DNA of 64,000 nucleotides from an uncultured Flavobacteriaceae bacterium (lineage in GTDB: Bacteria; Bacteroidota; Bacteroidia; Flavobacteriales; Flavobacteriaceae): contig CAKZOO010000032.1 of assembly GCA_937136455.1 (NCBI GenBank), positions 27,383 through 91,382 of the forward strand, in the 5' to 3' direction. The translations under genes were made by a program, and so were the position numbers. Positions 49,389 through 60,107 of the stretch are shown piece after piece. Position 1 is the first letter of the stretch; each line of letters begins with the position of its first letter. A model generated the notes under the pieces. It was not told where the DNA came from. It did no database searches and worked only from the letters and a program-made list of their open reading frames with translations.

Positions 49389-49856
49389 ATGAGCGGAACA
49401 CTAAACAAAGTGATGTTGATTGGACATTTGGGAGATGATGTAAAACTTCATTATTTCGAAGGAGGAAATTGCATTGGAAGATTTCCTTTGGCAACTAATG
49501 AGTCTTACACCAATAGACAAACTGGAGAAAAGGTTAGTAATACAGAGTGGCACAATATAGTTGTCAGAAATAAAGCTGCTGAAATTTGTGAAAAATACCT
49601 CTCAAAAGGAGATAAGATTTATGTGGAGGGAAGGTTGAAAACAAGACAGTGGCAAGGTGAGGACAACCAAACTAGATATACGACTGAAATTCATGTCAAT
49701 GATTTTACCTTCTTGACCAATAAGGGAGAGTCGATAGATTCTAGTGCGATGCAAGGTCAAGGATCTTCAGCTCCAGCGACTCATACTCAGCCCCAAGTAC
49801 ATCAGGCTCCACAGCCTAGTTCAACCGCCCATGAGGAAGATGATTTACCATTCTAA
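49389..49856 (+). CDS. ssb: Single-stranded DNA-binding protein
   Basis: LNKVMLIG, TEWHNIV and C-terminal DDLPF. Confidence 0.97.
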   Translation: MSGTLNKVMLIGHLGDDVKLHYFEGGNCIGRFPLATNESYTNRQTGEKVSNTEWHNIVVRNKAAEICEKYLSKGDKIYVEGRLKTRQWQGEDNQTRYTTEIHVNDFTFLTNKGESIDSSAMQGQGSSAPATHTQPQVHQAPQPSSTAHEEDDLPF

Positions 49857-49866
49857 TTAATCTAAA

Positions 49867-51195
49867 TTGGACCCCGAACCGAATATTTTATCGATAGCTA
49901 CTCAGTCTCTTTGGGATGAGACGAACCTTATCTATTTAATAGTTCTGATAGTGCTTATATTTTGTTCAGCATTGATATCAGGATCAGAAGTTGCATTTTT
50001 TGGACTTTCTAAAACTGAATTGGACGACCTCATTGAAACCAATTCTTCAAGAGCAAAACTTGTAGTACAGCTTCAGGAAAAACCTAAAAAATTATTAGCG
50101 ACTATTCTCATTGCAAACAATGCTATCAATATTGCTATTGTTCTCTTGTTTAGCTCTTTGATGGACGGTTTATTTAAAGAACCTCAACTTCTATTTAATT
50201 TGATTGATCTCAAGTTTTTTGTAGAAGTCATCGCAGTGACTTTTCTCATTTTAATGTTTGGTGAAATTTTACCTAAGGTATATGCCAATAGAAATCGAAT
50301 GAGTTTTGCTTTGCTCATGGTATATCCTCTAAAAGTGGCTGATTTTATTTTTACGCCTTTGAGTGTGCCCATGCGTTCCATTAGTTTGTTTTTGCACAAA
50401 CGCTTTGGGAAGTTAAAGACTAATATCAGTGTAAATCACCTATCGCAAGCCTTGGAGTTGACCTCTGAAGGAGATACTACTGATGAGGAACAAAAAATAC
50501 TTCAAGGAATTGTGTCCTTTGGTAATACTGATACTAAGCAAGTGATGCGTCCTCGAATGGATATTTTTGGATTGAGTCAAGAATTAAAATTTACAGAGGT
50601 TCTCAATGAAATCACCCAACATGGATTTTCACGAGTTCCTGTCTATAAAGAGAATATCGACACTGTTATTGGAGTACTTTATATTAAGGACTTATTGCCT
50701 TATTTAGATCGTAAACAATTCAACTGGTTGGAGCTTATTAGAGACCCTTATTTTGTTCCTGAAAACAAAAAACTTGATGATTTACTCAAGGAATTTCAGG
50801 ATATGAAAAATCACCTAGCTATTGTAGTTGATGAGTTTGGAGGAACTTCAGGTATTGTTACTCTAGAAGATATTATCGAAGAAATCGTAGGAGATATTTC
50901 CGATGAATTCGACGATGAAGATTTAGTGTATTCGAAACTCGATGATTACAATTACGTCTTTGAAGGAAAGACAACTCTCAAGGATTTTTACAAGGTAATC
51001 GGCATAGAAGATGAAACCCTTTTTGAGGAACAAAAAGGCGAGTCAGAAACCATTGCTGGTTTTGTATTGGAACTCTCGAAGAGCTTCCCAAAGCGTTCTG
51101 AAGTTATTTCTTTTAACGAATTTAAATTTAAGGTAGAGAGCCTCGATAAAAGAAGGATTAAACAAATCAAAGTAACGCTGCCAAAAGATGCTTAA
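49867..51195 (+). CDS. gldE: Gliding motility-associated protein GldE (CNNM/CBS/CorC)
   Basis: MDPEP N-terminus (TTG start), SGSEVAFF, FGEILPK, CBS pair. Adjacent to gldD. Confidence 0.92.
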   Translation: MDPEPNILSIATQSLWDETNLIYLIVLIVLIFCSALISGSEVAFFGLSKTELDDLIETNSSRAKLVVQLQEKPKKLLATILIANNAINIAIVLLFSSLMDGLFKEPQLLFNLIDLKFFVEVIAVTFLILMFGEILPKVYANRNRMSFALLMVYPLKVADFIFTPLSVPMRSISLFLHKRFGKLKTNISVNHLSQALELTSEGDTTDEEQKILQGIVSFGNTDTKQVMRPRMDIFGLSQELKFTEVLNEITQHGFSRVPVYKENIDTVIGVLYIKDLLPYLDRKQFNWLELIRDPYFVPENKKLDDLLKEFQDMKNHLAIVVDEFGGTSGIVTLEDIIEEIVGDISDEFDDEDLVYSKLDDYNYVFEGKTTLKDFYKVIGIEDETLFEEQKGESETIAGFVLELSKSFPKRSEVISFNEFKFKVESLDKRRIKQIKVTLPKDA

Positions 51196-51739
51196 AAGGC
51201 TCCTAGTATTACTGCTTTTTATATTGGGAATTTCCTGTGATGAGGTTGAGGTTTATCCTAAACCAGAGGCCAAATTAGCCTTGGAATATCCAACTCCTGT
51301 CGCACATCAGTACCGAAACGATCGCTTTGAATTCAGGTACAATGAACAGGCTCGACTGATGCCTACCTCAAAACAATCGTTTAGTTTTTATTATCCCAAG
51401 CTCAAAGCTTCTGTGTTTATGTACTACCTCGATCTGTCAGAGGGAATTGAAAAAAGACTTTATGATTTGGAACAAAAGGTAGCAGATCACCAAAAAATGG
51501 CTTCTGAAATAATCATGCACCCCTTTGTAAATCCAGATTCAAATAGTAGAGGAGCATTATATGAAATAAAAGGCAATGCTGCTTCACAGGCCCAATTTTA
51601 TATCTCTGACCATAAGGAACATTTTATTCACGGAGCACTGTATTTTAAGACTAAACCCAATTACGATTCCATCTTGCCAGCGGCAAATTACGTCATGGAA
51701 GATCTCAAAGATTTTATGGAATCTATTCGTTGGAACTAA
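51188..51739 (+). CDS. gldD: Gliding motility lipoprotein GldD
   Basis: Lipobox, PKP.A.L.LEYP, GNAASQAQFY and PNYDSILPA motifs. Confidence 0.92.
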   Translation: MLKRLLVLLLFILGISCDEVEVYPKPEAKLALEYPTPVAHQYRNDRFEFRYNEQARLMPTSKQSFSFYYPKLKASVFMYYLDLSEGIEKRLYDLEQKVADHQKMASEIIMHPFVNPDSNSRGALYEIKGNAASQAQFYISDHKEHFIHGALYFKTKPNYDSILPAANYVMEDLKDFMESIRWN

Positions 51740-51775
51740 GAGGTTTTATTAACTTTATTGTCTCAATTTTACAGA

Positions 51776-52192
51776 ATGAAAAAAGTAGTATTTACAGTTT
51801 TAGTTGCGCTGATAGCTTCCTGCAACTCCAACAATCAACAATCGGAAAACACCTCAAAAATGAAAGAGGTTATTGCTATTCACGATCAGGTAATGCCCAA
51901 GATGGGGACACTTGCTCGATTGGCTAGAGAGCTCAATGAAAAAATGGAAGCAGAGGGGGAGAACGATGAAATAGAGCAAGCTGTAAAGGATCTAGGAGCT
52001 GCCAAGACAAATATGATGGATTGGATGCGTGATTTTGGAGGAAAATTTTCAGCTGATGAAATTCTTAAAGGAGCTGAAATAAGTGATGACAAAATGAAAT
52101 TACTCTTGGAAGAAGAGGTGGAAATTATTCAGGTAAGAGATCAAATTCTCAATAGTATTCAACGAGCTGAAATACTTTTAGCAAAAGAATAA
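51776..52192 (+). CDS. Conserved helical lipoprotein
   Basis: Lipobox IASC, EVIAIHDQVMPKMG and MMDWMRDF motifs. Confidence 0.75.
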   Translation: MKKVVFTVLVALIASCNSNNQQSENTSKMKEVIAIHDQVMPKMGTLARLARELNEKMEAEGENDEIEQAVKDLGAAKTNMMDWMRDFGGKFSADEILKGAEISDDKMKLLLEEEVEIIQVRDQILNSIQRAEILLAKE

Positions 52193-52221
52193 AAAAAGCC
52201 GAGTTTAACACTCGGCTTTTT
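52191..52221. terminator. Bidirectional terminator
   Basis: AAAAAGCCGAGT-TTAAC-ACTCGGCTTTTT between convergent genes. Confidence 0.85.
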
Positions 52222-52224
52222 AGT

Positions 52225-54294
52225 TTAGTTGAAACTTCCCTGTGTAATCGTAGGGTTAATCTTGAGTTCTTCCACTTTAAATTCTAGTTCTTGTGGACCC
52301 ATTTGTTGAGAAAAGATAAAGGGAAATTGAATTCCTTCTTGATCTTTATAGTCACTGAATTTAATTGTAGTTTCCATCGTCTGTCCATTCATTTCAACAG
52401 AGGTGCTCTCCATGATTTTTAGTCCAGATTTAGTGTCATAATAGGCGAATTGACCTTCAGTGATACTTATTTTATAGGCCTTTTGATCTCCAATTTGCTC
52501 GATGGATTCTATTTTGAGTTGATCTAAATCGAGTTTAAGCTCTTTAAAGAGTTGCGCTTCTTGAATCACCTTGTCGATTTGATCTTCAGGAATCGGCATT
52601 TTTTGTCCTCTTAGGGTCATATAGCCACTATCTCCATTAAAGACTTGTTCGCTCATCACATTCCCCATCATCGAAAGGGATTGCTTGTATTGTTGATCAG
52701 AAGTTTTTAATACTGAAAATTCAAGAGTCATTCCTTGCATTTCTGCTTTGGCTTTATAGGAGATCGCCTCGATGGTTTCTAAAAGAGATCTGCCTCCAAT
52801 GGCGTCGAGGTACGCTTCAATCACTTTTTTTGCGTTTACACCTTCGGGGAGTTCTAATTCAAAGCTAGGTCGAACAACTGCTTTAGCTGTTTTGCTAAAA
52901 TAATTGACAGGAATTTGACGTCCTTTAAAAGTCATATTTTCTAAGGGCTCTAAAACTTCTTGTCCTTTTCCAGCTACATAGACCTGTGTAGAATTGATGT
53001 TGAGATACTTTTTTGCAGCTGTTAACACATCTTTGGATTCTACTGATTCGAGTCGACTTAGATAGTTTTCATAAAAATCATCTGGCAGATTTTGGGTGGC
53101 TATATTTAAGGCGTAACGAGCTATGGTTTCTGGTTTTTCAATATCCATAATAAAGGAGCCAATGTAGTTCGCTTTGGCATCCGCTAACTCTTTATCGCTT
53201 ACTAGTTCATTTTGAATGCGATCGACCTCTTCAAGGAGTTGAACTACAGCAGAGTCAGTTACGGCATTTCGAACGGAGGCATAGGCTCTAAAACGGGCCT
53301 TGTCGTATTTGTCATTGCTCAAAGTAGAGTACGACCCGTACGTATAGGCCTTGTCTTCTCTAAGGTTTAAAAACAGACGAGCAGAGGAGCCACCTCCTAG
53401 AATTTTATTAGCTAAAAGCGCATCTAAATAATCGTCATCACTCATTTTTAGATCGACCAATGACTGAACTGCAACAACGGATTGTTTTGCGTTTGGCATG
53501 TCGACAAAGTTGATGGCTACCTCATCAGAAGTTTTAGCTTTGGGTTGGTAGGAAGCAACTGCATCAGCTTTTTTCCAGTTTCCAAAGAGTGTTTTTGCTA
53601 ATTTTTTAGCCTCTTTAAGTTCTACGTCACCTATGATGACCAGATAAGCATTATTTGGAATAAAATGTTCTTTGTAAAATTTGGTTACATCATCAACAGT
53701 AATTCCCTCAATAGATTCAGGAGTTTCAAATTCACCGTAGGGATGATCGTTTCCGTAGGCAACAGCTCTTTGAATACGAGCAGCAATGGCTTCTACACTT
53801 TTTTCATTGGACTTAAGTCCGGTAATGATCTTTTCTTTTTCTTTTTCGAATTCCTCTACATCAAAAGAAGGGTTTAAGGCACCTTCCGCCATAAGTTCCA
53901 TGATTCTTGGATATACCTTAGACAGGGATTGTCCATAGGCAGAAAGGGCGCCAAAACTTAATTGAGCTCCCAGAAAATCAACCTCTTCGATAAAGTCATC
54001 TTTAGAAATGGAAGCAGAACCTTTTCCGAGCATGGCCGATAAAAGGCTACTAGTTCCTACCTTGTCACCCTCTAGGATAGGAGGAGTGTCAATACTTAGT
54101 TGAATGGATACTCTTGGTAATTTGTGATTTTCAACGATCAATACCTGAAGGCCATTTTTAAGTTTAAATTGTTCAGGTTTTTTCAATTGAATACTAGGCA
54201 TGGGCCCAGCCTGTGGTATGGTAGATCGATTGATCTGTGCGGTTGCAGGGATGACAAGCCCCAATACAAATGCTATAAGTAGTAACTTTTTCAT
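52225..54294 (-). CDS. M16 peptidase family, non-catalytic subunit
   Basis: LKNGLQV and RLFLNLREDKAYTYG motifs. Lacks HxxEH. Confidence 0.88.
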   Translation of the reverse strand: MKKLLLIAFVLGLVIPATAQINRSTIPQAGPMPSIQLKKPEQFKLKNGLQVLIVENHKLPRVSIQLSIDTPPILEGDKVGTSSLLSAMLGKGSASISKDDFIEEVDFLGAQLSFGALSAYGQSLSKVYPRIMELMAEGALNPSFDVEEFEKEKEKIITGLKSNEKSVEAIAARIQRAVAYGNDHPYGEFETPESIEGITVDDVTKFYKEHFIPNNAYLVIIGDVELKEAKKLAKTLFGNWKKADAVASYQPKAKTSDEVAINFVDMPNAKQSVVAVQSLVDLKMSDDDYLDALLANKILGGGSSARLFLNLREDKAYTYGSYSTLSNDKYDKARFRAYASVRNAVTDSAVVQLLEEVDRIQNELVSDKELADAKANYIGSFIMDIEKPETIARYALNIATQNLPDDFYENYLSRLESVESKDVLTAAKKYLNINSTQVYVAGKGQEVLEPLENMTFKGRQIPVNYFSKTAKAVVRPSFELELPEGVNAKKVIEAYLDAIGGRSLLETIEAISYKAKAEMQGMTLEFSVLKTSDQQYKQSLSMMGNVMSEQVFNGDSGYMTLRGQKMPIPEDQIDKVIQEAQLFKELKLDLDQLKIESIEQIGDQKAYKISITEGQFAYYDTKSGLKIMESTSVEMNGQTMETTIKFSDYKDQEGIQFPFIFSQQMGPQELEFKVEELKINPTITQGSFN

Positions 54295-54295
54295 A

Positions 54296-55615
54296 TTATT
54301 CTGTTTTAGATGGGGTTGGTAAGTAATCGATCACAACTCTTTGGTTATCTTTTAGGTATTTATCGGCAACTGCTTTAATTTCTTCTCTTGTGATCGATCG
54401 GTAGATATTAATTTGATCATTGATTAAATTGGTGTCCCCGTATAATAAATAATAACGCGCTAAAGAATTAGCGATTCCTTCGACACTTGAATTAGCATTG
54501 ACAAAATTATTTTCAAAAATGTTGAGTAATTTTTGGTGATCGCGCTCTGAAATGAGTTCTGATCTCAAAGTTTCAACTTCACTGCTAATTTCGTCTACTA
54601 AAACATCTAGGGAAGTTTCTCCTACTGGTAGCGAATAGATCACGTACATTCCATAGTCCATATAGCCGATGTTAAAGGCACCTACTTCTAGGGCTTGTTT
54701 GTTTTCATCTACCATTTTTTTATAGAGTTTAGAGCTCTTGCCACCACTCAAATAGGTGGAAATCATATCGAGTACATAGGCGTCACGCTCTGCAAAACCA
54801 GGAGTTCTATAGGCAGTGATCATCGCAGGTATTTGAATGTTGTCATCAGTGGTAGTAGTTCTGATTTCTTCGATAATTGGTTCTTCGGCAGGAAAATTAC
54901 GCTCTACCTTAGGCCCTGATGGTATAGGAGAGAAGTACTCGTCAATCTTAGTTTTAATTTGATCGATGTCGATATCTCCAGCAACAACTAAAACCGCATT
55001 GTTTGGATGGTAGTATTTATTTTTATATTCAATAAACTCCTCTAATGTTGCAGCGTCTAAGTCTTCCATATAACCGATGTTAGGGTCCTTATAAGGATGG
55101 ACTTTAAATAGATTTGACTCTACAGTGGTCAAAAACTTTCCATAGGGGGCATTGTCTACTCTAAGCCTTTTTTCTTCTTTGACAACTTCATTTTGAGTAT
55201 CCACACCAATCTTGTCAATCACAGGATGGAGCATACGTTCGGATTCTAGCCAAAGACCTAATTCAACTTGATTTGAAGGGAGCACTTCATAGTAATAGGT
55301 TCGATCTTGAGAGGTGTTGGCGTTGAGCCTTCCTCCTCTTGAGGAAACAATATTCATAAACTCTCCTCTTTCGATGTTTTTAGTTCCTTCAAAAAGGAGG
55401 TGTTCAAAAAAGTGAGCAAAGCCGGTTCGACCTTCTGTTCGATCTTTACCTCCTACGTTGTACATGACTGAGGTGGTCACTAGTGGAGCCGTTTGATCTT
55501 GATGTAGGATCACGTGGAGACCGTTGTCAAGATTGTATTCTTCAAAGCTCACTTGCTGCGCCATTGCAGGAGTGAAGATCAAAGAAAAGAGGGACAATTT
55601 TAAAAGTTTATGCAT
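54296..55615 (-). CDS. M16 zinc peptidase, catalytic subunit
   Basis: GFAHFFEHLLF (HxxEH) and NANTSQDRTYY. Likely ATG start at 55615. Confidence 0.92.
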   Translation of the reverse strand: MHKLLKLSLFSLIFTPAMAQQVSFEEYNLDNGLHVILHQDQTAPLVTTSVMYNVGGKDRTEGRTGFAHFFEHLLFEGTKNIERGEFMNIVSSRGGRLNANTSQDRTYYYEVLPSNQVELGLWLESERMLHPVIDKIGVDTQNEVVKEEKRLRVDNAPYGKFLTTVESNLFKVHPYKDPNIGYMEDLDAATLEEFIEYKNKYYHPNNAVLVVAGDIDIDQIKTKIDEYFSPIPSGPKVERNFPAEEPIIEEIRTTTTDDNIQIPAMITAYRTPGFAERDAYVLDMISTYLSGGKSSKLYKKMVDENKQALEVGAFNIGYMDYGMYVIYSLPVGETSLDVLVDEISSEVETLRSELISERDHQKLLNIFENNFVNANSSVEGIANSLARYYLLYGDTNLINDQINIYRSITREEIKAVADKYLKDNQRVVIDYLPTPSKTE

Positions 55616-55762
55616 AATTTTTAAGTTTGATAATTGAAGAATGAAATTAATCAATATTCGTCGAACTAACAAATTAAGCGGATAAAGTGTATGATTTTGT
55701 AGTTAAGCTGTATAGCTGTGATTATTTGATTAAAAAAACTTTATTATTTTCTAAAAAGGAGC

Positions 55763-55770
55763 TATATTTG
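55763..55770 (+). promoter_or_regulatory. -7 promoter element (TATATTTG) for rplU-rpmA
   Basis: TAnnTTTG consensus about 50 bp upstream of rplU. Confidence 0.7.
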
Positions 55771-55819
55771 CACCCGCCTTTATAAAAAGGTATCATTAAT
55801 TTATTATAATAATCAAGCT

Positions 55820-56323
55820 ATGTACGCAATTGTAGAGATAGCAGGGCAGCAATTTAAAGTTGCAAAAGACCAAAAAGTATTCGTTCATCGTTTGGACGCA
55901 GAAGAGGGTTCGAAATTAAATTTCGACAACGTTCTTTTGTTAGATGATGAGAAGAATGTAACTATTGGCGCCCCGGCTATAAACGGAGCTTCTGTTGAAG
56001 CAAAAGTTTTAAAGCACCTTAAAGGTGATAAGGTAATCGTTTTCAAAAAGAAAAGACGTAAAGGTTACCGTAAGAAAAACGGTCACAGACAATATTTGAC
56101 TGAGATCTTAATCGAAGGTATTTCTGCTTCTGGTTCTAAACCAGCTGCTAAGAAAGAAGCTGCTAAAGCGGAAGCAAAACCAGCTGCACCAAAGAAAGCT
56201 GAAGTTGCCTCTGAAGATTTAAGTTCAAAGACTGTAGCTGAATTGAAAGATTTAGCGAAAGCTAAAGGAATTGAAGGAATTTCTTCAATGAAGAAAGCAG
56301 ATTTAATCGCTGCATTAAGTTAA
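55820..56323 (+). CDS. rplU: 50S ribosomal protein L21 with C-terminal Rho-N-like extension
   Basis: [14 protein letters not shown]...[16 protein letters not shown], then a linker and [26 protein letters not shown]. Confidence 0.97.
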   Translation: MYAIVEIAGQQFKVAKDQKVFVHRLDAEEGSKLNFDNVLLLDDEKNVTIGAPAINGASVEAKVLKHLKGDKVIVFKKKRRKGYRKKNGHRQYLTEILIEGISASGSKPAAKKEAAKAEAKPAAPKKAEVASEDLSSKTVAELKDLAKAKGIEGISSMKKADLIAALS

Positions 56324-56341
56324 CCGATAAAAAGTTAAAAA

Positions 56342-56602
56342 ATGGCACATAAAAAAGGAGTTGGTAGTTCGAAGAACGGTAGAGAATCAGAATCGAAACG
56401 ATTAGGAGTTAAGATTTTTGGTGGACAAGCTGCAATTGCAGGTAATATTATCGTTAGACAACGTGGTACTCAACACAATCCAGGTGATAACGTATATTTA
56501 GGAAAAGACCATACCTTACACGCTAAAGTTGACGGTTTGGTTAAATTCCAAAAGAAAGCTAACGGAAAATCTTATGTATCTATTGAGCCTTTTGAGGTTT
56601 AA
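56342..56602 (+). CDS. rpmA: 50S ribosomal protein L27
   Basis: [24 protein letters not shown]. Confidence 0.98.
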   Translation: MAHKKGVGSSKNGRESESKRLGVKIFGGQAAIAGNIIVRQRGTQHNPGDNVYLGKDHTLHAKVDGLVKFQKKANGKSYVSIEPFEV

Positions 56603-56625
56603 GATGAACTTGAGACCTTAACGAT

Positions 56626-56723
56626 ACAAAGCCTTCCATTTGGGAGGCTTTTTTTGTCTATTGTTTAATTATAAAAAAGACATTATCCTTGAAACAACAA
56701 AGCCTTCCATTTGGAAGGCTTTT
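56626..56723. terminator. Two near-identical terminator hairpins
   Basis: ACAAAGCCTTCCATTTGGRAGGCTTTT at 56626-56652 and 56697-56723, between convergent rpmA and ahcY. Confidence 0.8.
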
Positions 56724-56748
56724 GTATTTAAACTAGATGCTAATTAGA

Positions 56749-58065
56749 TTAGTATCTGTAGTATTCTGGTTTGAAAGGACCTTTTTGTGGTACTCCTATA
56801 TAATCAGCTTGGTCTTGCTTGAGCTCGGTAAGTTCTGCTCCAAGACGATCTAAATGAAGCGCAGCTACCTTTTCATCTAAGTGTTTTGGTAACATATACA
56901 CTTGATTTTCATAAGCATCCGCATTCGTCCAAAGCTCGATTTGAGCAAGAGTCTGATTGGTGAACGAGTTACTCATCACAAAAGATGGGTGACCTGTAGC
57001 ACAACCTAGGTTGACAAGTCTTCCTTCAGCAAGGACGATGATGTCTTTTCCATTGATGGTGTATTTGTCTACTTGTGGTTTGATCTCAATTTTAGAAGCC
57101 CCGTGATTTTTGTTGAGCCATGCCATATCGATCTCATTGTCGAAGTGACCGATATTACATACAATAGCCTTGTCTTTAAATGCCTCAAAGTGCTCACATC
57201 TCACAATGTCTTTATTTCCAGTGGTGGTAATCACAATATCAGCCTTAGGAGCAACAGTTTCTAAGGTCTTTACCTCAAAACCATCCATCAAGGCTTGAAG
57301 TGCACAAATAGGATCTATTTCAGTAACCGTTACAATAGAGCCTGCTCCTCTAAAAGAAGCAGCAGTTCCTTTACCTACATCACCATATCCACAAACGACT
57401 ACTTGTTTTCCGGCAAGCATCACATCGGTAGCTCTACGAATCGCATCAACTGCCGATTCTCTACATCCGTATTTATTGTCAAATTTCGATTTGGTAACCG
57501 AGTCATTTACGTTAATTGCTGGCATTGGAAGTGTTCCGTTTTTAACTCTTTCGTATAAACGGTGAACTCCAGTAGTTGTTTCTTCAGAAAGACCATTGAT
57601 ACCTGAGGCGAGTTCTGGATAGCGATCTAAAACCATATTGGTCAAATCTCCACCATCGTCTAGGATCATGTTAAGTGGCTTGCGATCCTCTCCAAAGAAG
57701 AGTGTTTGTTCGATACACCAGTCAAATTCTTCTTCATTCATTCCTTTCCAGGCGTATACAGGAATCCCTGCAGCTGCGATAGCCGCAGCAGCGTGATCTT
57801 GAGTTGAGAAGATATTACAAGAAGACCAAGTCACTTCAGCTCCAAGAGCCACAAGGGTTTCAATCAGTACCGCTGTTTGAATGGTCATATGCAAACATCC
57901 AGCTATACGAGCTCCTTTAAGTGGTTGTTGTGCTCCGTATTCCTCTCGAAGCGCCATCAGTCCAGGCATTTCAGCTTCCGCTAGTTCGATTTCTTTTCTA
58001 CCCCAGTCTGCTAAAGAAGTATCTTTAACTTTAAAGGGAACGTAAGGTATTGTCGATGTACTCAT
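56749..58065 (-). CDS. ahcY: Adenosylhomocysteinase
   Basis: [33 protein letters not shown] and GHPSFVMS motifs. Confidence 0.98.
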   Translation of the reverse strand: MSTSTIPYVPFKVKDTSLADWGRKEIELAEAEMPGLMALREEYGAQQPLKGARIAGCLHMTIQTAVLIETLVALGAEVTWSSCNIFSTQDHAAAAIAAAGIPVYAWKGMNEEEFDWCIEQTLFFGEDRKPLNMILDDGGDLTNMVLDRYPELASGINGLSEETTTGVHRLYERVKNGTLPMPAINVNDSVTKSKFDNKYGCRESAVDAIRRATDVMLAGKQVVVCGYGDVGKGTAASFRGAGSIVTVTEIDPICALQALMDGFEVKTLETVAPKADIVITTTGNKDIVRCEHFEAFKDKAIVCNIGHFDNEIDMAWLNKNHGASKIEIKPQVDKYTINGKDIIVLAEGRLVNLGCATGHPSFVMSNSFTNQTLAQIELWTNADAYENQVYMLPKHLDEKVAALHLDRLGAELTELKQDQADYIGVPQKGPFKPEYYRY

Positions 58066-58132
58066 AACTTTTGATTACTTTCGTAGTATAGCTTTTAATT
58101 AGACCGCAAAGATACAAAACAGAATTCGATTT

Positions 58133-58762
58133 ATGCCACTTTACAAATCCATACATTTTGATGAGAACACTAGAGTGCACCTTTGGAAACTCACTGAAAC
58201 TGAAGAAGAACTTCATCAGGGAATTAGGCTCAAACCTTCGAGTGTCAAGAGGGTCAATTCAATGAAATCTGAAATGCATCGAAGAGGGTATTTGAGTATT
58301 CGTCACTTGCTTAAAATTGAGGAGCTATCGGATGATGATCTCTATTACGACGACAATGGAAAGCCCCATTTAGAAAACGATCACTATATTTCTATCACCC
58401 ACTCATTTGAATTTACCGCCATCATTGTGAGTTCCAATAGAGCTGTGGGAATTGACATTGAAAAACAACGTCCTAAAATAGTAAAGATCGCTCATAAGTT
58501 TTCGACTTATCCACTTTTGGAACATCAGCGAAACGATGCTGAAATCATTGCGAAACTCACCTGTATATGGGGAGCAAAGGAATCCATTTACAAGATTTAC
58601 CCCAAGCCAGGTTTGAGCTTTTTACAACATATTGATATCGATGATTTTCACCTTGTAGATGAAAAGACCACAGGTCATATTCACTTTAACAATGCCAGGG
58701 TGTATTTCGATGTGCATTTTGAACCTGTTGAAAATTATTGCTTGGTATACGCATTAGCCTAA
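58133..58762 (+). CDS. 4'-phosphopantetheinyl transferase superfamily protein
   Basis: GKPHL, ISITHS, VGIDIE and WGAKESIYK motifs. Confidence 0.9.
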   Translation: MPLYKSIHFDENTRVHLWKLTETEEELHQGIRLKPSSVKRVNSMKSEMHRRGYLSIRHLLKIEELSDDDLYYDDNGKPHLENDHYISITHSFEFTAIIVSSNRAVGIDIEKQRPKIVKIAHKFSTYPLLEHQRNDAEIIAKLTCIWGAKESIYKIYPKPGLSFLQHIDIDDFHLVDEKTTGHIHFNNARVYFDVHFEPVENYCLVYALA

Positions 58763-58765
58763 CTC

Positions 58766-59401
58766 ATGGAAGAACGATCGATTTGGTATCTGGTATTTGA
58801 ACCCTATTATTCAATGGACACCCATCTCATTGTCCTTGAAATGATCGCTGTACTCTTTGGGTTTTTTAGCGTTTGGTATGCTAAAAAAGAAAACATCTGG
58901 GTATTTCCAACGGGTATTATTAGTACTGTTCTTTTTGTGTACCTGCTATGGGTATACTCACTTCTAGGCGATATGTTGATCAATGCTTATTACACTGCAT
59001 TAAGTGTATATGGTTGGTGGGTTTGGACAAGAAAGGATGATTTAAACAATGTCGTCTCCATCTCTAGGACCAGTCCTCAAGAGAAGAGAAAATCAGTCAT
59101 TTTCATTTTCATCACAATGCTCTTTGTAATTCTAGTGTATCGTTATTTTGATAAATTCACTTCTTGGACTGCTTATGTTGACACCATTACCACCGCTATA
59201 TTTTTTGTTGGAATGTGGCTGATGGCAAAGAAAAAAATTGAAAACTGGACCTTTTGGATTGTAGGGGATTTGATATCGATTCCCCTTTATTGGTATAAAG
59301 GCCTTATCTTTACCTCGTTTCAATATTTAATCTTTACAGCAATTGCCCTAATGGGTTATATGGAATGGAAAAGACGCTTAGACAACAACCTTCAACAGTA
59401 G
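58766..59401 (+). CDS. pnuC: PnuC-family nicotinamide riboside/vitamin transporter
   Basis: WVFPTG, YGWWVW and MWLMAKKKIENW.FWIVGD motifs. Confidence 0.9.
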   Translation: MEERSIWYLVFEPYYSMDTHLIVLEMIAVLFGFFSVWYAKKENIWVFPTGIISTVLFVYLLWVYSLLGDMLINAYYTALSVYGWWVWTRKDDLNNVVSISRTSPQEKRKSVIFIFITMLFVILVYRYFDKFTSWTAYVDTITTAIFFVGMWLMAKKKIENWTFWIVGDLISIPLYWYKGLIFTSFQYLIFTAIALMGYMEWKRRLDNNLQQ

Positions 59402-59943
59402 TAAAAGTAGCTTTATTTGGCCCTGAATCTACCGGTAAAACAACACTTTCAGAACACTTAGCACGCTATTACAACTCGGTTTGGTGTCCAGAATACGCCC
59501 GAGAATACCTTCAAAAAAAGTGGAATAACGAGCGTAAAGTCTGTGAAGAAAAAGACATGTTACCCATAGCTTTCGGTCAGATTGAAACAGAAAATGAACT
59601 CGCTCAAAAAGCAACGGACGTTCTTATTTGCGATACGGATCTCTTAGAGACCATGGTGTACTACGAGCTTTATTACAAAACTTGTGATCCGCTGATTAAA
59701 GAGGCTGCACTTGCTAATTCCTATGATTTGTATTTTTTAACCTATATCGATGTGCCTTGGGAATACGATGATTTAAGAGATCGTCCCGACCAACGAGAGG
59801 AACTCTTTGAGCATTTTAAAAATACCTTGGATCGATATAATAAACCGTATATCATCCTCAAAGGAGATAAAAAGCAGCGCTTAGCTACTGCAACAAAGGT
59901 CATTGATGAACTCATTTCAAAAAATAAAAGGAAAAATAATTAA
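59365..59943 (+). CDS. NadR-type kinase/ATPase (AAA_28)
   Basis: FGPESTGKTTL, PEYAREY, ICDTDL and PWEYDDLRD motifs. Confidence 0.88.
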   Translation: MEKTLRQQPSTVVKVALFGPESTGKTTLSEHLARYYNSVWCPEYAREYLQKKWNNERKVCEEKDMLPIAFGQIETENELAQKATDVLICDTDLLETMVYYELYYKTCDPLIKEAALANSYDLYFLTYIDVPWEYDDLRDRPDQREELFEHFKNTLDRYNKPYIILKGDKKQRLATATKVIDELISKNKRKNN

Positions 59944-59971
59944 ATCTAAAATTTAGTTATAACTTTGACCT

Positions 59972-60046
59972 ATCTCAAAGGGGTGCTCTTCCAAGAGCTG
60001 AGATTATACCCAACGAACCTGGGCAGGTAATGCTGCCAAGGGATTA
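59972..60046 (+). ncRNA. TPP riboswitch
   Basis: GGGGTGC...GCTGAGATTATACCC...GAACCTG...CAGGTAATGCTGCCAAGGGA matches the THI-box core. Promoter TAACTTTG at 59960-59967. Sits upstream of a TonB receptor. Confidence 0.92.
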
Positions 60047-60107
60047 TTTAAACTATTTATTTTTTAACCTGAATAATGACCCCTTTTATTCGTAATTTTT
60101 TATACGA

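Noticed and set aside
58066-58132. SAH riboswitch upstream of ahcY
   Set aside because: Short AT-rich divergent region with a promoter element and no recognisable aptamer.
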